A stretch of 64,000 nucleotides of DNA from Deltaproteobacteria bacterium (GTDB taxonomy: Bacteria; Desulfobacterota; Syntrophia; Syntrophales; UBA2210), in contig JAFDBG010000001.1 of assembly GCA_019313385.1 (NCBI GenBank), positions 2,667 through 66,666 of the forward strand, written 5' to 3'. The position numbers and the translations under genes are program-made. The notes beneath the pieces were generated by a model. It was not told the origin of the DNA and made no database searches. It saw nothing but the letters and a program-made list of their open reading frames with translations. Position 1 is the stretch's first letter. Each line of letters starts with the position of its first letter. Positions 18,233-28,433 of the stretch are shown piece after piece.

Positions 18233-19585
18233 TTGAAAAACAAAGTCCATATCATAAGCCTGGGATGTCCCAAAAACCTCATAGATTCAGAAGTGATGGC
18301 CGCCGCTCTGATTGGAAGCGGTTTTGAGATCGCCCCCCTTCCTGAAGACGCGGATATAATAATCATCAATACCTGCACTTTTATCCTTCCGGCAAAGGAA
18401 GAGTCGATTGATGAAATCTTCCGTATGGCGGAGCTGAAAAAGAGTGGCCGGTGCCGGCATTTGGTAGTCGCGGGATGCCTGCCTCAGAGATATGGAGCCA
18501 TACTCGAAAAAGAGATTCCTGAAGTTGATCTTTTCCTGGGAACGGGGGAAATTTCCCGCATAGCCGATCTCGTGGCAGCTCTTCAAAAAAAGGAGGGACC
18601 GGGACAGCGTTCCTGCATAGGAAAACCTGACTTTCTTATGAGCTCCTCGCACCCGCGTCTGTTGTCAACGCCACCCTATACCGCGTATCTGAAAATCGCC
18701 GAGGGTTGCTCCAACCACTGTTCCTACTGCGTAATACCAGACATCAGGGGAAAGTTCAGAAGCCGACCTATTGATGATATACTACAGGAGACTGAAACGC
18801 TTGCGCAGGGGGGCGTTAAGGAGATTATTATAGCGGCCCAGGAGACAACACTCTACGGGAAAGATCTCGGTTATGCGTCCGGATTGAGCTCCCTGTTAAG
18901 AGAAATTGCCCTGATAGATGGGATCAGGTGGATCAGGCTGCTCTACACATATCCCGCGGATCTGGATGACGAACTTTTTCAGACTATCCATGATGTCGAA
19001 AAAATATGCAACTATATCGATATTCCCGTACAGCACATAGATGACGATATTCTGGGCTCCATGAAAAGAAAGGGCGACAGCAGACTTATAAAAAACTCTA
19101 TAGCGAGCGCCAGAAAGATTATTCCCGGCGTGGCCCTGAGGACATCAATGATTGTGGGATTCCCCGGAGAGACACAGGAGAGGTTTGACAGGCTCCTCGC
19201 GTTTGTAAGGGAGACGAGGTTTGATCATGTGGGGGTGTTTGAGTATTCGAGAGAAGAGGGAACCGTGGCAGACGCGCTCCCCGGCCATATTCCCGAGAGT
19301 GTAAAAGAACTCAGGAGGGGAATTATAATGGAGGAGCAGGCATTGATCTCCCGTGAGATAAATCAAGCGCTTATCGGTTCTACAATGGAAATAGTCATAG
19401 AAGAGGAGTCGGACCTTCCGGGATACGATTATATAGGAAGGGCGAGAAGGCAGGCACCTGATATAGACGGCATCGCCTACGTTACGGCAGGAGAAAAGGC
19501 GATTGGTGATATTGTGAAATGTCTGGTAGTTTCAGCAGATGATTATGACCTGTTTGCCGAAGAGAAGGTGGAGAAAGAACAATGA
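18233..19585 (+). CDS. rimO: ribosomal protein S12 methylthiotransferase RimO
   Basis: N-terminal UPF0004 region (HIISLGCPKNLIDSE), radical-SAM motif CSNHCSYCVIP and a C-terminal TRAM domain. The track start 18143 lies inside ftsK. The in-frame TTG at 18233, just after the ftsK stop, is more likely, but the start remains uncertain. Confidence 0.88.
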   Translation: MKNKVHIISLGCPKNLIDSEVMAAALIGSGFEIAPLPEDADIIIINTCTFILPAKEESIDEIFRMAELKKSGRCRHLVVAGCLPQRYGAILEKEIPEVDLFLGTGEISRIADLVAALQKKEGPGQRSCIGKPDFLMSSSHPRLLSTPPYTAYLKIAEGCSNHCSYCVIPDIRGKFRSRPIDDILQETETLAQGGVKEIIIAAQETTLYGKDLGYASGLSSLLREIALIDGIRWIRLLYTYPADLDDELFQTIHDVEKICNYIDIPVQHIDDDILGSMKRKGDSRLIKNSIASARKIIPGVALRTSMIVGFPGETQERFDRLLAFVRETRFDHVGVFEYSREEGTVADALPGHIPESVKELRRGIIMEEQALISREINQALIGSTMEIVIEEESDLPGYDYIGRARRQAPDIDGIAYVTAGEKAIGDIVKCLVVSADDYDLFAEEKVEKEQ

Positions 19586-20955
19586 TTGTGATGAAATTTG
19601 GGGGCACCTCGATAGAGGATATTGCTTCGATTGAGAGGGTGGTGGAGATTATCCACTCCCGCCTTGAGCGCCATCCGGTGGTGGTCAACTCCGCCATGGG
19701 AAAGACAACACGAAAACTGCTGGATATCGCACGGTTCTCGGCAGAGGGGATGGATGAACAGGCCCTCTCACATCTGGATGAAATCCGTGAATACCACTTT
19801 GATATGGCGAGGGGTCTCACATCTGATTTTGAAGACAGCGATGTCCGGACAACCCTTGAGAGATATTTTGAGGAGCTTCAGAGATTGCTGGGAGGTTTGT
19901 CGGTACTGCGAGAACTCACTCCACGCACTCAGGACAGGATCCTCTCGTATGGCGAACTGGTTGCAACCACGATAATTGCGGCCGCTCTTCAGAGACGCGG
20001 CATCAATGCCCGATGGCTGGACGCGCGAAATTTTATTATTACGGATGAAAGATTTACAAGGGCCAGGCCGCTGGATGATCTTACCTGCCGCGGCATTCAG
20101 GAGGAAGTGCGTCCGCTGGTCTTATCCGGTTGTGTCCCCGTCATACAGGGCTTTATAGGGTTCACGCGCAGTGGAGCCACCACCACGCTGGGATTTGAGG
20201 GGTCTGATTTTACCGCGGCTCTGGTAGGCTCGGCGCTCGATGTTTCGGAGATACAGATATGGAAAGATGTCAATGGTATTATGACAGCCGATCCAGGCAT
20301 CTTCGCGGGGGCGCGCACCATTAAGAACATCTCTTTTGAGGAGGCGTCTGAGCTTACTTTCTTCGGAGCAAAGGTTCTGCACCCGGGGACTATTGAGCCG
20401 GCGCACCGGAAGAATATTCCTGTCGGCATTTACAACTCCAGACAGCCCGATACCGGTGGCACAACAATAACGGAGCAAGCGAAGAAGGGAAGGGACCTCA
20501 TTAAATCCATCGCGTACAAGATGCCCGTACGTATCGTCAATATCACTCAGGACTCCCATGCCAACCCGGCCGGTTTTCTGAGATCGGTTTTCGATATTCT
20601 AGACAGGGAAAGGATCACGCCCTCTGTCGTGACGACTGCCGGGACGGAGGTTGCGATGGTGATCGACGCTTCAGAAGACATGGAGCGCGCGATTGAAGCA
20701 CTGGAATGTCTTGGAGCTGTAAAGATTGCCGGGAATAAGGCCACCATTTCTATGGTCGGTGAAAATATCCGTACCAGCCGAGACTTTACGTCGATCCTGT
20801 TCCGCAATCTGGAGGGTATGAATATCGACATGAGTGCGCACGGGGCGTCTCCGATCAGTTGTACCTTTGTGATCGATGAATCCGATATTCCTTCAACCAT
20901 CGCCAGACTGCACGAGGCATTCTTCAAAAATCCTGATCCGGATATATTTGATTAA
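19582..20955 (+). CDS. lysC: aspartate kinase (monofunctional)
   Basis: MKFGGTSI..., SAMGKTT and C-terminal ACT domains. An ATGA overlap with the rimO stop suggests translational coupling. Confidence 0.93.
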   Translation: MIVMKFGGTSIEDIASIERVVEIIHSRLERHPVVVNSAMGKTTRKLLDIARFSAEGMDEQALSHLDEIREYHFDMARGLTSDFEDSDVRTTLERYFEELQRLLGGLSVLRELTPRTQDRILSYGELVATTIIAAALQRRGINARWLDARNFIITDERFTRARPLDDLTCRGIQEEVRPLVLSGCVPVIQGFIGFTRSGATTTLGFEGSDFTAALVGSALDVSEIQIWKDVNGIMTADPGIFAGARTIKNISFEEASELTFFGAKVLHPGTIEPAHRKNIPVGIYNSRQPDTGGTTITEQAKKGRDLIKSIAYKMPVRIVNITQDSHANPAGFLRSVFDILDRERITPSVVTTAGTEVAMVIDASEDMERAIEALECLGAVKIAGNKATISMVGENIRTSRDFTSILFRNLEGMNIDMSAHGASPISCTFVIDESDIPSTIARLHEAFFKNPDPDIFD

Positions 20956-20988
20956 ACAATTCAGGCATCAAATACCAACCCGCTCTAT

Positions 20989-21699
20989 TTATGCTTGAGG
21001 AACTACCTTCTTCAAGAGATAGATATGAGCGATTCCAAGAAACCGGGAAAATGATCGCGTGACTTCGAATCCCCTTTTTTCCATCAGGCGTTCAAGGTCA
21101 CCGGGAGAGGGAAATCCCATCACCGAATCCCGCAGATACCGGTAGGCTTTAAAATCCCCCGACACAAGTCCCCCGATAAGGGGAAGTATGGCCTTAAAAT
21201 AGGTAAGATATATCCATCTCCAGGGGAAACGGGAGGGTACCGACAGCTCAAGCACCGCCAGTTTTCCGCCATCTTTCAGTACCCTGAAGGCCTCGTCCAG
21301 GAAGGCGGGGAGGTCTGGCATGTTTCTTATCCCGAAGGCTGTCATTGCGTGATCGAAGGTTTCGTTTGAGAAGGGCATGGCGGTGGCATCCCCCACAGTA
21401 ATATGGAAGCGCCCGAGAAACTCCCTGTTTTTTCGTGCGGCAATCTCCAGCATCCTGGGGGATATATCCATGCCTGTGACCGTGCATCCGGCAGTCCTGC
21501 AGGTACGGAACGCCATATCCCCGGTACCGGTTGCGATATCAAGCACCGTGTCACCATCCTTGATCTCCAGGGACGATATGACGGTTTTTCGCCAGCGGCT
21601 GTCCATGGAACATGAAAGGGCGGCATTGAGCAGGTCGTAGGTGGGGGCGATTCTGTCGAACATGGAACTTATGATTGCCGGTGATTTATCAATTCGCAT
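20989..21699 (-). CDS. ubiE: demethylmenaquinone/ubiquinone C-methyltransferase (UbiE/MenG)
   Basis: MFDRIAPTYDLLN and the SAM motif VLDIATGTGDMAF. ATG 21699 is preferred over the TTG-initiated track start at 21774. Confidence 0.85.
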   Translation of the reverse strand: MRIDKSPAIISSMFDRIAPTYDLLNAALSCSMDSRWRKTVISSLEIKDGDTVLDIATGTGDMAFRTCRTAGCTVTGMDISPRMLEIAARKNREFLGRFHITVGDATAMPFSNETFDHAMTAFGIRNMPDLPAFLDEAFRVLKDGGKLAVLELSVPSRFPWRWIYLTYFKAILPLIGGLVSGDFKAYRYLRDSVMGFPSPGDLERLMEKRGFEVTRSFSRFLGIAHIYLLKKVVPQA

Positions 21700-21932
21700 C
21701 TTTGGGGAAGCTTTCTTTGCCGCTTTTACAGGATGATGATGTTTCACCACTGAACAGGTAATAATCGACAGCAAGACTAAACCATATGATATTGGATTGC
21801 AAGTATCGTGTCATCTGGATCCCGGCTTTATCGAAAAAGGCCCGGGCGGCGAGAAGATTCCGCCCGGCTGACACGGCATGGAAAAACGTGCAGCCGCCAG
21901 CAGTAAAATAATGTTCTCAGACAACCTGTCGA

Positions 21933-22427
21933 TCAAGAGCTCCTGTCCTTATACCGTAAGGCAAGCACACCGGTCCTTGCAACCTTATCAATACCGAAAG
22001 GCCTGAGAAAGTTGATGACGGTTTCCACCTCTTCCCTGCTTCCCGCAACCTGGATAATACAATAATTACTACGCATGGAAATAATTTTGCAGTCAAACAT
22101 TCCTATAGACCTCACTATCTCAGTCCTGTCTTTTTGATCCAGGTCGATTCCTATAAGTATCATTTCCCTCTGCGCGGACTGTCCCGGGATAAGTTCGGTG
22201 ACATCCATGACATCGACCAGCCGGTTTAACTGCTTCTTTACCTTTTCGATAAAGTCCGAGTTCGCGTTGGTGATTGACGTTATTCTTGAAACTTCAGGAG
22301 AAATTGTCTCCGCCACGCAGAGACTCTCTATATTATAACCAAGCCTTCCAAACACACCGGTAACCCTGGACAACACGCCTGGTTTGTTGCTAACCAGTAT
22401 CGCGATTATACGTTCTCTCATTTCCAT
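21933..22427 (-). CDS. ilvN: acetolactate synthase small (regulatory) subunit
   Basis: ACT domain ILVSNKPGVLSRVTGVFGRLGYNIESL. 164 aa, immediately downstream of ilvB. Confidence 0.92.
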   Translation of the reverse strand: MEMRERIIAILVSNKPGVLSRVTGVFGRLGYNIESLCVAETISPEVSRITSITNANSDFIEKVKKQLNRLVDVMDVTELIPGQSAQREMILIGIDLDQKDRTEIVRSIGMFDCKIISMRSNYCIIQVAGSREEVETVINFLRPFGIDKVARTGVLALRYKDRSS

Positions 22428-22532
22428 TGTTACTATCCTTTCGCATCAATATTCAAAAAGTTTGACAGGACTGACAGGATTTCTAAAATCAATAATTGTG
22501 CCGAGGGATACAAATTCCTAACCCTCGACAAA

Positions 22533-24206
22533 TCACCCCTGCCTGCCACCTATCATATCTATGTTCGACATCCCAGGCGGTATGATAGGAAAGACATACG
22601 TATCGGGATCAACGACCACCTCCAGCAGGAAAGGCCCATCGGCGGAACACATTTTTTCTATGCCTGCCCCGGAATTCTCAACAGAGACCTTGTCGGCCTG
22701 GATACCGAAGCCCCTGGCTACAGCAACTATATCAACCTTGTCGCCCAGTTCTATATCAGTGAAGCGAGCGCCATAGAACAGGTCCTGCATCTGACGTATC
22801 ATACCGAGATGGCCGTTGTTGAAGACCACTATCTTGACAGGCAGGTTGTAATAACTGATCGTCGCCAGTTCCTGTATGTTCATAAAGAATCCACCGTCTC
22901 CTGTAAAGACTACAACACCGTGATCCGGCACTGCGATTTTCACACCCATCGCCGCGGGGAGACCAAATCCCATCGTGCCCAATCCACCCGGCGTAATCAT
23001 GCCGCGAGGAGTCTTTGCTTCCCAGGATCGGACCGTCCATATCTGGTTCAGCCCAACATCCGTGATAGCTATAGTTTTCTCTGGCATAGCCGTCTGGACA
23101 TCTCTGATAAAGGCCCCGGCCGGTCCACATTCTTTCATTGACCTGTCCTTCCCCAAGGCATTCCTTTCTTTCTCTATCCTTTTCAGCCACCCGCTCCTCT
23201 CTTTTCTTTCCACGAGTGGAGTCAACTTCGTAAGGGCTTCGCGGATATCACACACCAGGGATATATCCGCCGTTATGACCTTGCCGATGGAGGATGGATC
23301 TATATCCACCTGGGCAATGGTGGCAAGCGGGGCGAATTCTTTCACGATCGCCGTACTGCGATCACTGAAACGAGCCCCTATCGTCAGGATAAAATCTGAA
23401 TCGTGCACAATACGGTTGGCCAGTTCATTTCCATGTGTGCCTATGAAGCCCAGATTGAACCCATTTAAAGTGTATACCGAGCCAATGCCCATCATTGTGG
23501 AAACAAATGGAATATTTCCCTTTTCAATCAACCCGGCAAGTTCCTCACATGCCTGGGAGAGTTTCACGCCTCCACCGATGAGAATAACCGGCCTTTCAGA
23601 CCTATTCATATAGGTGGCGATCCGCTGCAGTTCTTCGCCATTTTTTTTGTTCCCCGCATGCCTTTTTTTCGGCATCGCAATATTTTTCACTCCGCTTTGT
23701 TCACACTTTGCAGCCATTACGTTTCTCGGAAGGTCTATAAGGACAGGTCCTGGCCGGCCGCTCCTCGCAATCTCAAACGCCTGCTTTACAGTGGATTCTA
23801 CCTCGCCCGGATCACTTACCAGGTAGCTGTGTTTTGTGATGGGCAGGGTAATCCCTATTATATCCGTTTCCTGAAACGCGTCGCTTCCCAGAAGCTCTGT
23901 CGTTACCTGCCCTGTGAGAACAACCATGGGAGTTGAATCCATGTATGCCGTCGCTATACCGGTTACCAGGTTGGTGGCGCCCGGGCCCGAAGTGCCCATA
24001 CATACACCGACCTTACCGGTCGCCCTGGCATAGCCATCCGCGGCATGAGCGGCCGCCTGTTCATGTCTCACAAGATAATGTCTTATCGGACTGTTATTCA
24101 GACTATCGTGAATGGGCAGACTGTTCGCCCCCGGATATCCGAAGATAACATCCACCCCCTCTTCTCTCAATGTCTGCAGCAGTATTTCAGCTCCCGTTTT
24201 TTCCAT
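22533..24206 (-). CDS. ilvB: acetolactate synthase large subunit (biosynthetic)
   Basis: The TPP-enzyme motifs GYPGANSLPIHD, GTSGPGATNLVTGIATAYMDSTPMVVLTGQV and GLGTMGFGLPAAMG are present, and the ORF is 557 aa long. Confidence 0.95.
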   Translation of the reverse strand: MEKTGAEILLQTLREEGVDVIFGYPGANSLPIHDSLNNSPIRHYLVRHEQAAAHAADGYARATGKVGVCMGTSGPGATNLVTGIATAYMDSTPMVVLTGQVTTELLGSDAFQETDIIGITLPITKHSYLVSDPGEVESTVKQAFEIARSGRPGPVLIDLPRNVMAAKCEQSGVKNIAMPKKRHAGNKKNGEELQRIATYMNRSERPVILIGGGVKLSQACEELAGLIEKGNIPFVSTMMGIGSVYTLNGFNLGFIGTHGNELANRIVHDSDFILTIGARFSDRSTAIVKEFAPLATIAQVDIDPSSIGKVITADISLVCDIREALTKLTPLVERKERSGWLKRIEKERNALGKDRSMKECGPAGAFIRDVQTAMPEKTIAITDVGLNQIWTVRSWEAKTPRGMITPGGLGTMGFGLPAAMGVKIAVPDHGVVVFTGDGGFFMNIQELATISYYNLPVKIVVFNNGHLGMIRQMQDLFYGARFTDIELGDKVDIVAVARGFGIQADKVSVENSGAGIEKMCSADGPFLLEVVVDPDTYVFPIIPPGMSNIDMIGGRQG

Positions 24207-24274
24207 CTCTCCCCTTCCTGGTCATGTTTTTATTATAAAACCGGTCCTTACAGTTTGTGTGGGAACAGGTAAAT

Positions 24275-24349
24275 AAAAAAACCGCGGACTCTTTAAGCGA
24301 GCCGCGGCTTTTTTCACAAAAAAGCCGCGGACCTCGGGGACCGCGGCTT
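24275..24349 (-). terminator. two tandem intrinsic terminators in the ilvB leader (attenuator segments 2-5)
   Basis: On the minus strand, hairpin 1 is AAGCCGCGG-[10 nt]-CCGCGGCTT followed by a T-run (24349-24318). Hairpin 2 is A6-G-CCGCGG-[14 nt]-CCGCGG-T7 (24314-24275). Both lie upstream of the ilvB RBS. Confidence 0.65.
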
Positions 24350-24373
24350 GATTTCTTTTTTAGTCCATCAGGA

Positions 24374-24463
24374 TCAAGCGGCGGTCCCCGTAAGTACTAC
24401 TACGAGTACGAGTACGAGTACGCTTACCAAAACTGTAACCGCTTTTTCAAATGGACGTATCAC
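24374..24463 (-). CDS. candidate ilvBN leader peptide (29 codons, Val/Leu-rich)
   Basis: GAGGAG-N7-GTG (24463), then (M)IRPFEKAVTVLVSVLVLVLVVVLTGTAA and TGA (24376-24374). Fourteen of codons 9-24 are Val (9) or Leu (5). This ORF is absent from the ORF track because it is too short. Confidence 0.6.
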   Translation of the reverse strand: MIRPFEKAVTVLVSVLVLVLVVVLTGTAA

Positions 24464-24568
24464 TGACTGTTCTCCTCAAACAAATTTAGGGCCGACCTTA
24501 TATGAAAAAATTCTTTTGTCAAGAGAATTTTCAGCCCTAAAAAAGAATGCTGTCAAACGTTAATCTCC

Positions 24569-26962
24569 CTAGTCAAGATCATATCTGAAGAATCCCTTGT
24601 CTTCACTGTCATCATCTTCGGGTACAGTTTTGGTGGGCTCCGTTCCTTCCAGAAAACATTCAAATATGTATTTTCCTGAGTCAGGACCAGCTGGTGCCCC
24701 CGTCTCGGGATCTATTTTGGCAAATACGACTCCCTCGGGAGGTGAGAAGGATTCGACAGGAGTACCGGCAAGCGCCTTTTCCATAAAATATAAAAAGATG
24801 GGACTGGCGGCACGTGAACCGGTTTCATATTTGCCCAGCGGTTTCAGATCGTCAAATCCGACCCACACCCCCGCGACAAGCGAGGGGGTAAACCCCATGA
24901 ACCATGCATCCTTGAGATTATTGGTTGTGCCTGTCTTGCCTGCCACAGGCCGGCCCAGGGCCCTGACCCGCCAGCCGGTGCCCCCCTTGACGACCTCCTG
25001 TAGCAGATGCGACGTTATATATGCGATACCGGGATCAACAACCTGCTCTACTTCAGGCACATTTTTCTCCACGATGTTTCCGGTGCGGTCAACGATCTTT
25101 CTTATGGAGAAGGGCTTGACCTTCTTGCCACCATTAGCGAAAACCCCATAACCCCTTACCATTTCCAGAAGCGTCACACCCGATGTCCCGAGGGCCATGG
25201 AAAGGTCTCTTGTAAGAGGAGTCGTTACCCCCATATTAACAGCGTAATCAGCAGCATAATTTATGCCGATCTCCTTTAAGAGCTTTATGGTCACCAGATT
25301 CCTCGATTTGATAAGGGCGGTCCTGAGAGTTGTGGGGCCGTAAAATTTTTCTGAGTAATTTTGCGGTTTCCACAGGCTGTCTTGCAGGGTATCGCGGTAG
25401 ATGACTGGGCTATCCATAATGATGGTCGCAGGGGTCATGCCGTTGTCGAAGGCCGCGGTAAATATAAAGGGCTTGAAGGCGGATCCTGGCTGCCTCTTTG
25501 CCTGTGTGGCACGGTTGAACTCACTCTTTCTGTAGCTCCTGCCCCCGACCATCGCTTTTATCTCTCCGGTATTAGAGTCCATAGCGATAAGGGCACCCTG
25601 CACTCGTGGCTCCTGTTCCAGCTCCAGTTCCAGCTTTCCATCCGCGACGCTCAGGACCTTCACTTCCACGACATCTCCTGTTCCGAGAACATCCGCCGGA
25701 TCTTTCACTTTGGCTGTGTTATAGGCAATATCAGGATCGGGCACCCTGGCCCACGACATATCCTTCAGCGTCATAGTGCCTTCATATTCGCCCACCCTTA
25801 ATCTTACAATTCCCCCCCCGCTGTCCACATCCACCACGATGGCCTGTGTGATGCGGCCCTCCAGCGGCTTATCCATGCCAATGCGCATATCTGCCACAAA
25901 GGCCTCGATCTCATCCTCAGGCACCCTGCTGAGGGGGCCCCTGTATCCCTGTCTCTTGTCCAGATCCCTCAGCCCTCTCATGAGGGCATCACGGGCCGCC
26001 TTCTGACAGGTCATGTTCAGTGTGGTATATACCTCAAGACCTTCTCTATACAGGACATCGCTGCCATACGTGGTCTGGATATACCGGCGGACATTCTCGG
26101 TAAAATAGGGAGCTGTCTTGGTCTTATCCCCTGCCTTTTTCAGCGCTACAGGAGTTTCCAGTGCCACCTTCTTTTCCTCCTCCGTTATGTACCCATCCTC
26201 CGCCATCCTCTCCAGAACGTAGATCTGTCGCTGGCGGGCACGGTCGGGGTGAAGGGAGGGGGAATACCGGCTGGGGGCCTTGGGAAGCCCGGCGAGGAGG
26301 GCGGCCTCCGGCAGAATAAGCCGTTCAGCGGTCTTTCCGAAATACTGTTGCGACGCGGCCTCTATGCCATACGTCCCATGTCCGAGATATATATGGTTCA
26401 GATAGAGGTTTAGTATTTCATATTTTTTTAGATATCTGTCTATTCTGTAGGCCAGAATGGCCTCTCTCAGTTTCCTGATGTACTTCTTCTCGGGAGACAG
26501 GAAGAGGCCCTTGGCCACCTGCTGGGTTATGGTACTCCCCCCCTGAACGATTGACCCCGCCTCCATATTCTTAAAAAAGGCTCTGATAATGCTCTGGGCA
26601 TCTATCCCCTTGTGATGGAAAAAACGGGCGTCCTCCCCCGCCACAAATGCCTGTATTACAAATTTCGGCAGATCGGTGACATGGACAACTTTCCTGTCTT
26701 CAAGATAGAACTCATCGATCAACTGACCGTCGTCCGCGTATACCCTCGTTATTATGCTGGGCCGGTAGTCTTTCAGTGATGCGATACTGGGCAATCCATC
26801 CACAAGAAGATAGGTGAATCCCGCCCCTGTCAGGATCAGCAGGATGGCCAGGGCAAAGATCCAGACAAAGATTTTTTTTACAGTTCCCCTTTTTTTCGCC
26901 TTTCCTTTCCTTGTGCTTTCAGGCGACTGTTGTTCATTATTCATCTTCTTCATCTTCTTCAC
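24569..26962 (-). CDS. mrcA: penicillin-binding protein 1A (bifunctional transglycosylase/transpeptidase)
   Basis: Glycosyltransferase motifs EDARFFHHKGID and GGSTITQQVAKG. Transpeptidase motifs SAFKPF, SRN and KTGTT. The start is ambiguous (26962, 26953 or 26944) and overlaps the tatC 3' end. Confidence 0.93.
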   Translation of the reverse strand: MKKMKKMNNEQQSPESTRKGKAKKRGTVKKIFVWIFALAILLILTGAGFTYLLVDGLPSIASLKDYRPSIITRVYADDGQLIDEFYLEDRKVVHVTDLPKFVIQAFVAGEDARFFHHKGIDAQSIIRAFFKNMEAGSIVQGGSTITQQVAKGLFLSPEKKYIRKLREAILAYRIDRYLKKYEILNLYLNHIYLGHGTYGIEAASQQYFGKTAERLILPEAALLAGLPKAPSRYSPSLHPDRARQRQIYVLERMAEDGYITEEEKKVALETPVALKKAGDKTKTAPYFTENVRRYIQTTYGSDVLYREGLEVYTTLNMTCQKAARDALMRGLRDLDKRQGYRGPLSRVPEDEIEAFVADMRIGMDKPLEGRITQAIVVDVDSGGGIVRLRVGEYEGTMTLKDMSWARVPDPDIAYNTAKVKDPADVLGTGDVVEVKVLSVADGKLELELEQEPRVQGALIAMDSNTGEIKAMVGGRSYRKSEFNRATQAKRQPGSAFKPFIFTAAFDNGMTPATIIMDSPVIYRDTLQDSLWKPQNYSEKFYGPTTLRTALIKSRNLVTIKLLKEIGINYAADYAVNMGVTTPLTRDLSMALGTSGVTLLEMVRGYGVFANGGKKVKPFSIRKIVDRTGNIVEKNVPEVEQVVDPGIAYITSHLLQEVVKGGTGWRVRALGRPVAGKTGTTNNLKDAWFMGFTPSLVAGVWVGFDDLKPLGKYETGSRAASPIFLYFMEKALAGTPVESFSPPEGVVFAKIDPETGAPAGPDSGKYIFECFLEGTEPTKTVPEDDDSEDKGFFRYDLD

Positions 26963-27734
26963 TTTTTTCGTCGTTGTTGTCGTCTTCTTCTTTGCGGGCA
27001 GATTTCTTCTCTCCCATCGTTACCACCCAGATACTGATTTCATAGAGGAGCATCAGTGGCAGGGCCATCAGGCCCTGCGTCACAACGTCCGGAGGAGTGA
27101 ACAGGGCGGCGATAACGAACACCAGGAGTATCGCGTATTTTCTCTTCTTTCTCAGGGTCCGTGAATTTACCATTCCTATCTTCGCCAGAAAGAACATAAA
27201 GATTGGGAGTTCAAAGATAACTCCAAACGCGATAAGGAGCTTCATGGCAAAAGAGAGATACTCCCTCAGAGAAAGCATGGGCCTTATGACATCATTTCCG
27301 AATCCGACAAAGAATTTAAAGCCGAACGGGAAAACAATATAGTACGCGAACAGTGAACCTCCTAAAAAAAATGTGGTGGAAAATATGACAAAAGGCCAGA
27401 TATGTTTCTTTTCGGATTTATAGAGACCCGGCGACACAAATCCCCATATCTGATATAGAATATATGGACTTACAAAAAAAATGGACGCAAAAAATGATAC
27501 CTTGAGATAGGTAAAAAATGCCTCCGGAAGACTGGTGAATATCATGGAGCTGTTATCGGGAAGCACGGCAAGGAGAGGAAGCGTCAGGATCTTAAACAGC
27601 TTTTCCTTAACAAAATAGCATATAACAAAACAGATACCGACTGCAATCAGCACACGCGTCAGCCTGGACTTCAATTCTTCCAAGTGGAGCGTAAAGGGCA
27701 TCTTTTCATCTGTTTCATTTGTCTGATCTGTCAT
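26937..27734 (-). CDS. tatC: twin-arginine translocase subunit TatC
   Basis: MPFTLHLEELKSRL... and six TM helices, the typical TatC layout, with an acidic C-terminal tail. Confidence 0.93.
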   Translation of the reverse strand: MTDQTNETDEKMPFTLHLEELKSRLTRVLIAVGICFVICYFVKEKLFKILTLPLLAVLPDNSSMIFTSLPEAFFTYLKVSFFASIFFVSPYILYQIWGFVSPGLYKSEKKHIWPFVIFSTTFFLGGSLFAYYIVFPFGFKFFVGFGNDVIRPMLSLREYLSFAMKLLIAFGVIFELPIFMFFLAKIGMVNSRTLRKKRKYAILLVFVIAALFTPPDVVTQGLMALPLMLLYEISIWVVTMGEKKSARKEEDDNNDEKSEEDEEDE

Positions 27735-27939
27735 AACGCGAGCTCACACTATGCTGTTATGCCTGGTTCTTCTCTAATTTAGCTGGAGAAAAGATTCAAG
27801 GGTTTATTTTTTAAAGACCCTATCAGCGCATTCAATGTTCTTTCGTTTTCTGCCCGGGAAAATCATCTGGGCTGTGGGATAATGAGAGATGATAGCTCAA
27901 GTTTATGTGTGCAAAGGGGGAAATCGGATTTACAGCGGA

Positions 27940-28227
27940 TTATTCCGAACTCTTATCTTCTGTCTCCGCAGTCTCATCATCCGCCTTCCGTTTGTTGCCC
28001 TCAGCCTCTTCCTCCTTTCGTCCATAAAGGACAGAATCCTTGAAATCGTTCACATCATCCTTGATTTGGTCCACATTGAGGCTGTCCTTTACATCATCGG
28101 TGGCATGGCGGAACTCCGCGAGACCCTTGCCGAGAGATTTTGCCAGATCAGGCAGTTTTTTCGGCCCGATAATAATCAGAGCGACAACAAGTATAACTAT
28201 CAATTCCGGCATTCCAATGCCAAACAT
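27940..28227 (-). CDS. tatB: TatA/TatB-family protein (TatB-like: GP hinge)
   Basis: [42 protein letters not shown]. The Gly-Pro hinge and longer acidic tail point to TatB. It lies upstream of tatC. Confidence 0.75.
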   Translation of the reverse strand: MFGIGMPELIVILVVALIIIGPKKLPDLAKSLGKGLAEFRHATDDVKDSLNVDQIKDDVNDFKDSVLYGRKEEEAEGNKRKADDETAETEDKSSE

Positions 28228-28433
28228 ACCATCACCTTTATTCCAAGAAATCCGTGCTATGATATATTATTGTTTGAATCTTTGTCAATCTGAAATCAGC
28301 CTCGGTATGGTTTGCAACTTATATGGTTATATGATAAAAACCACGAGGTTTTCGTAGATTAGCATCCATCCGGAAATGAACTTTTCAAAGATGGAACATG
28401 ATCAGTCTCCACGCGGACAGGAGGTATACAGCG

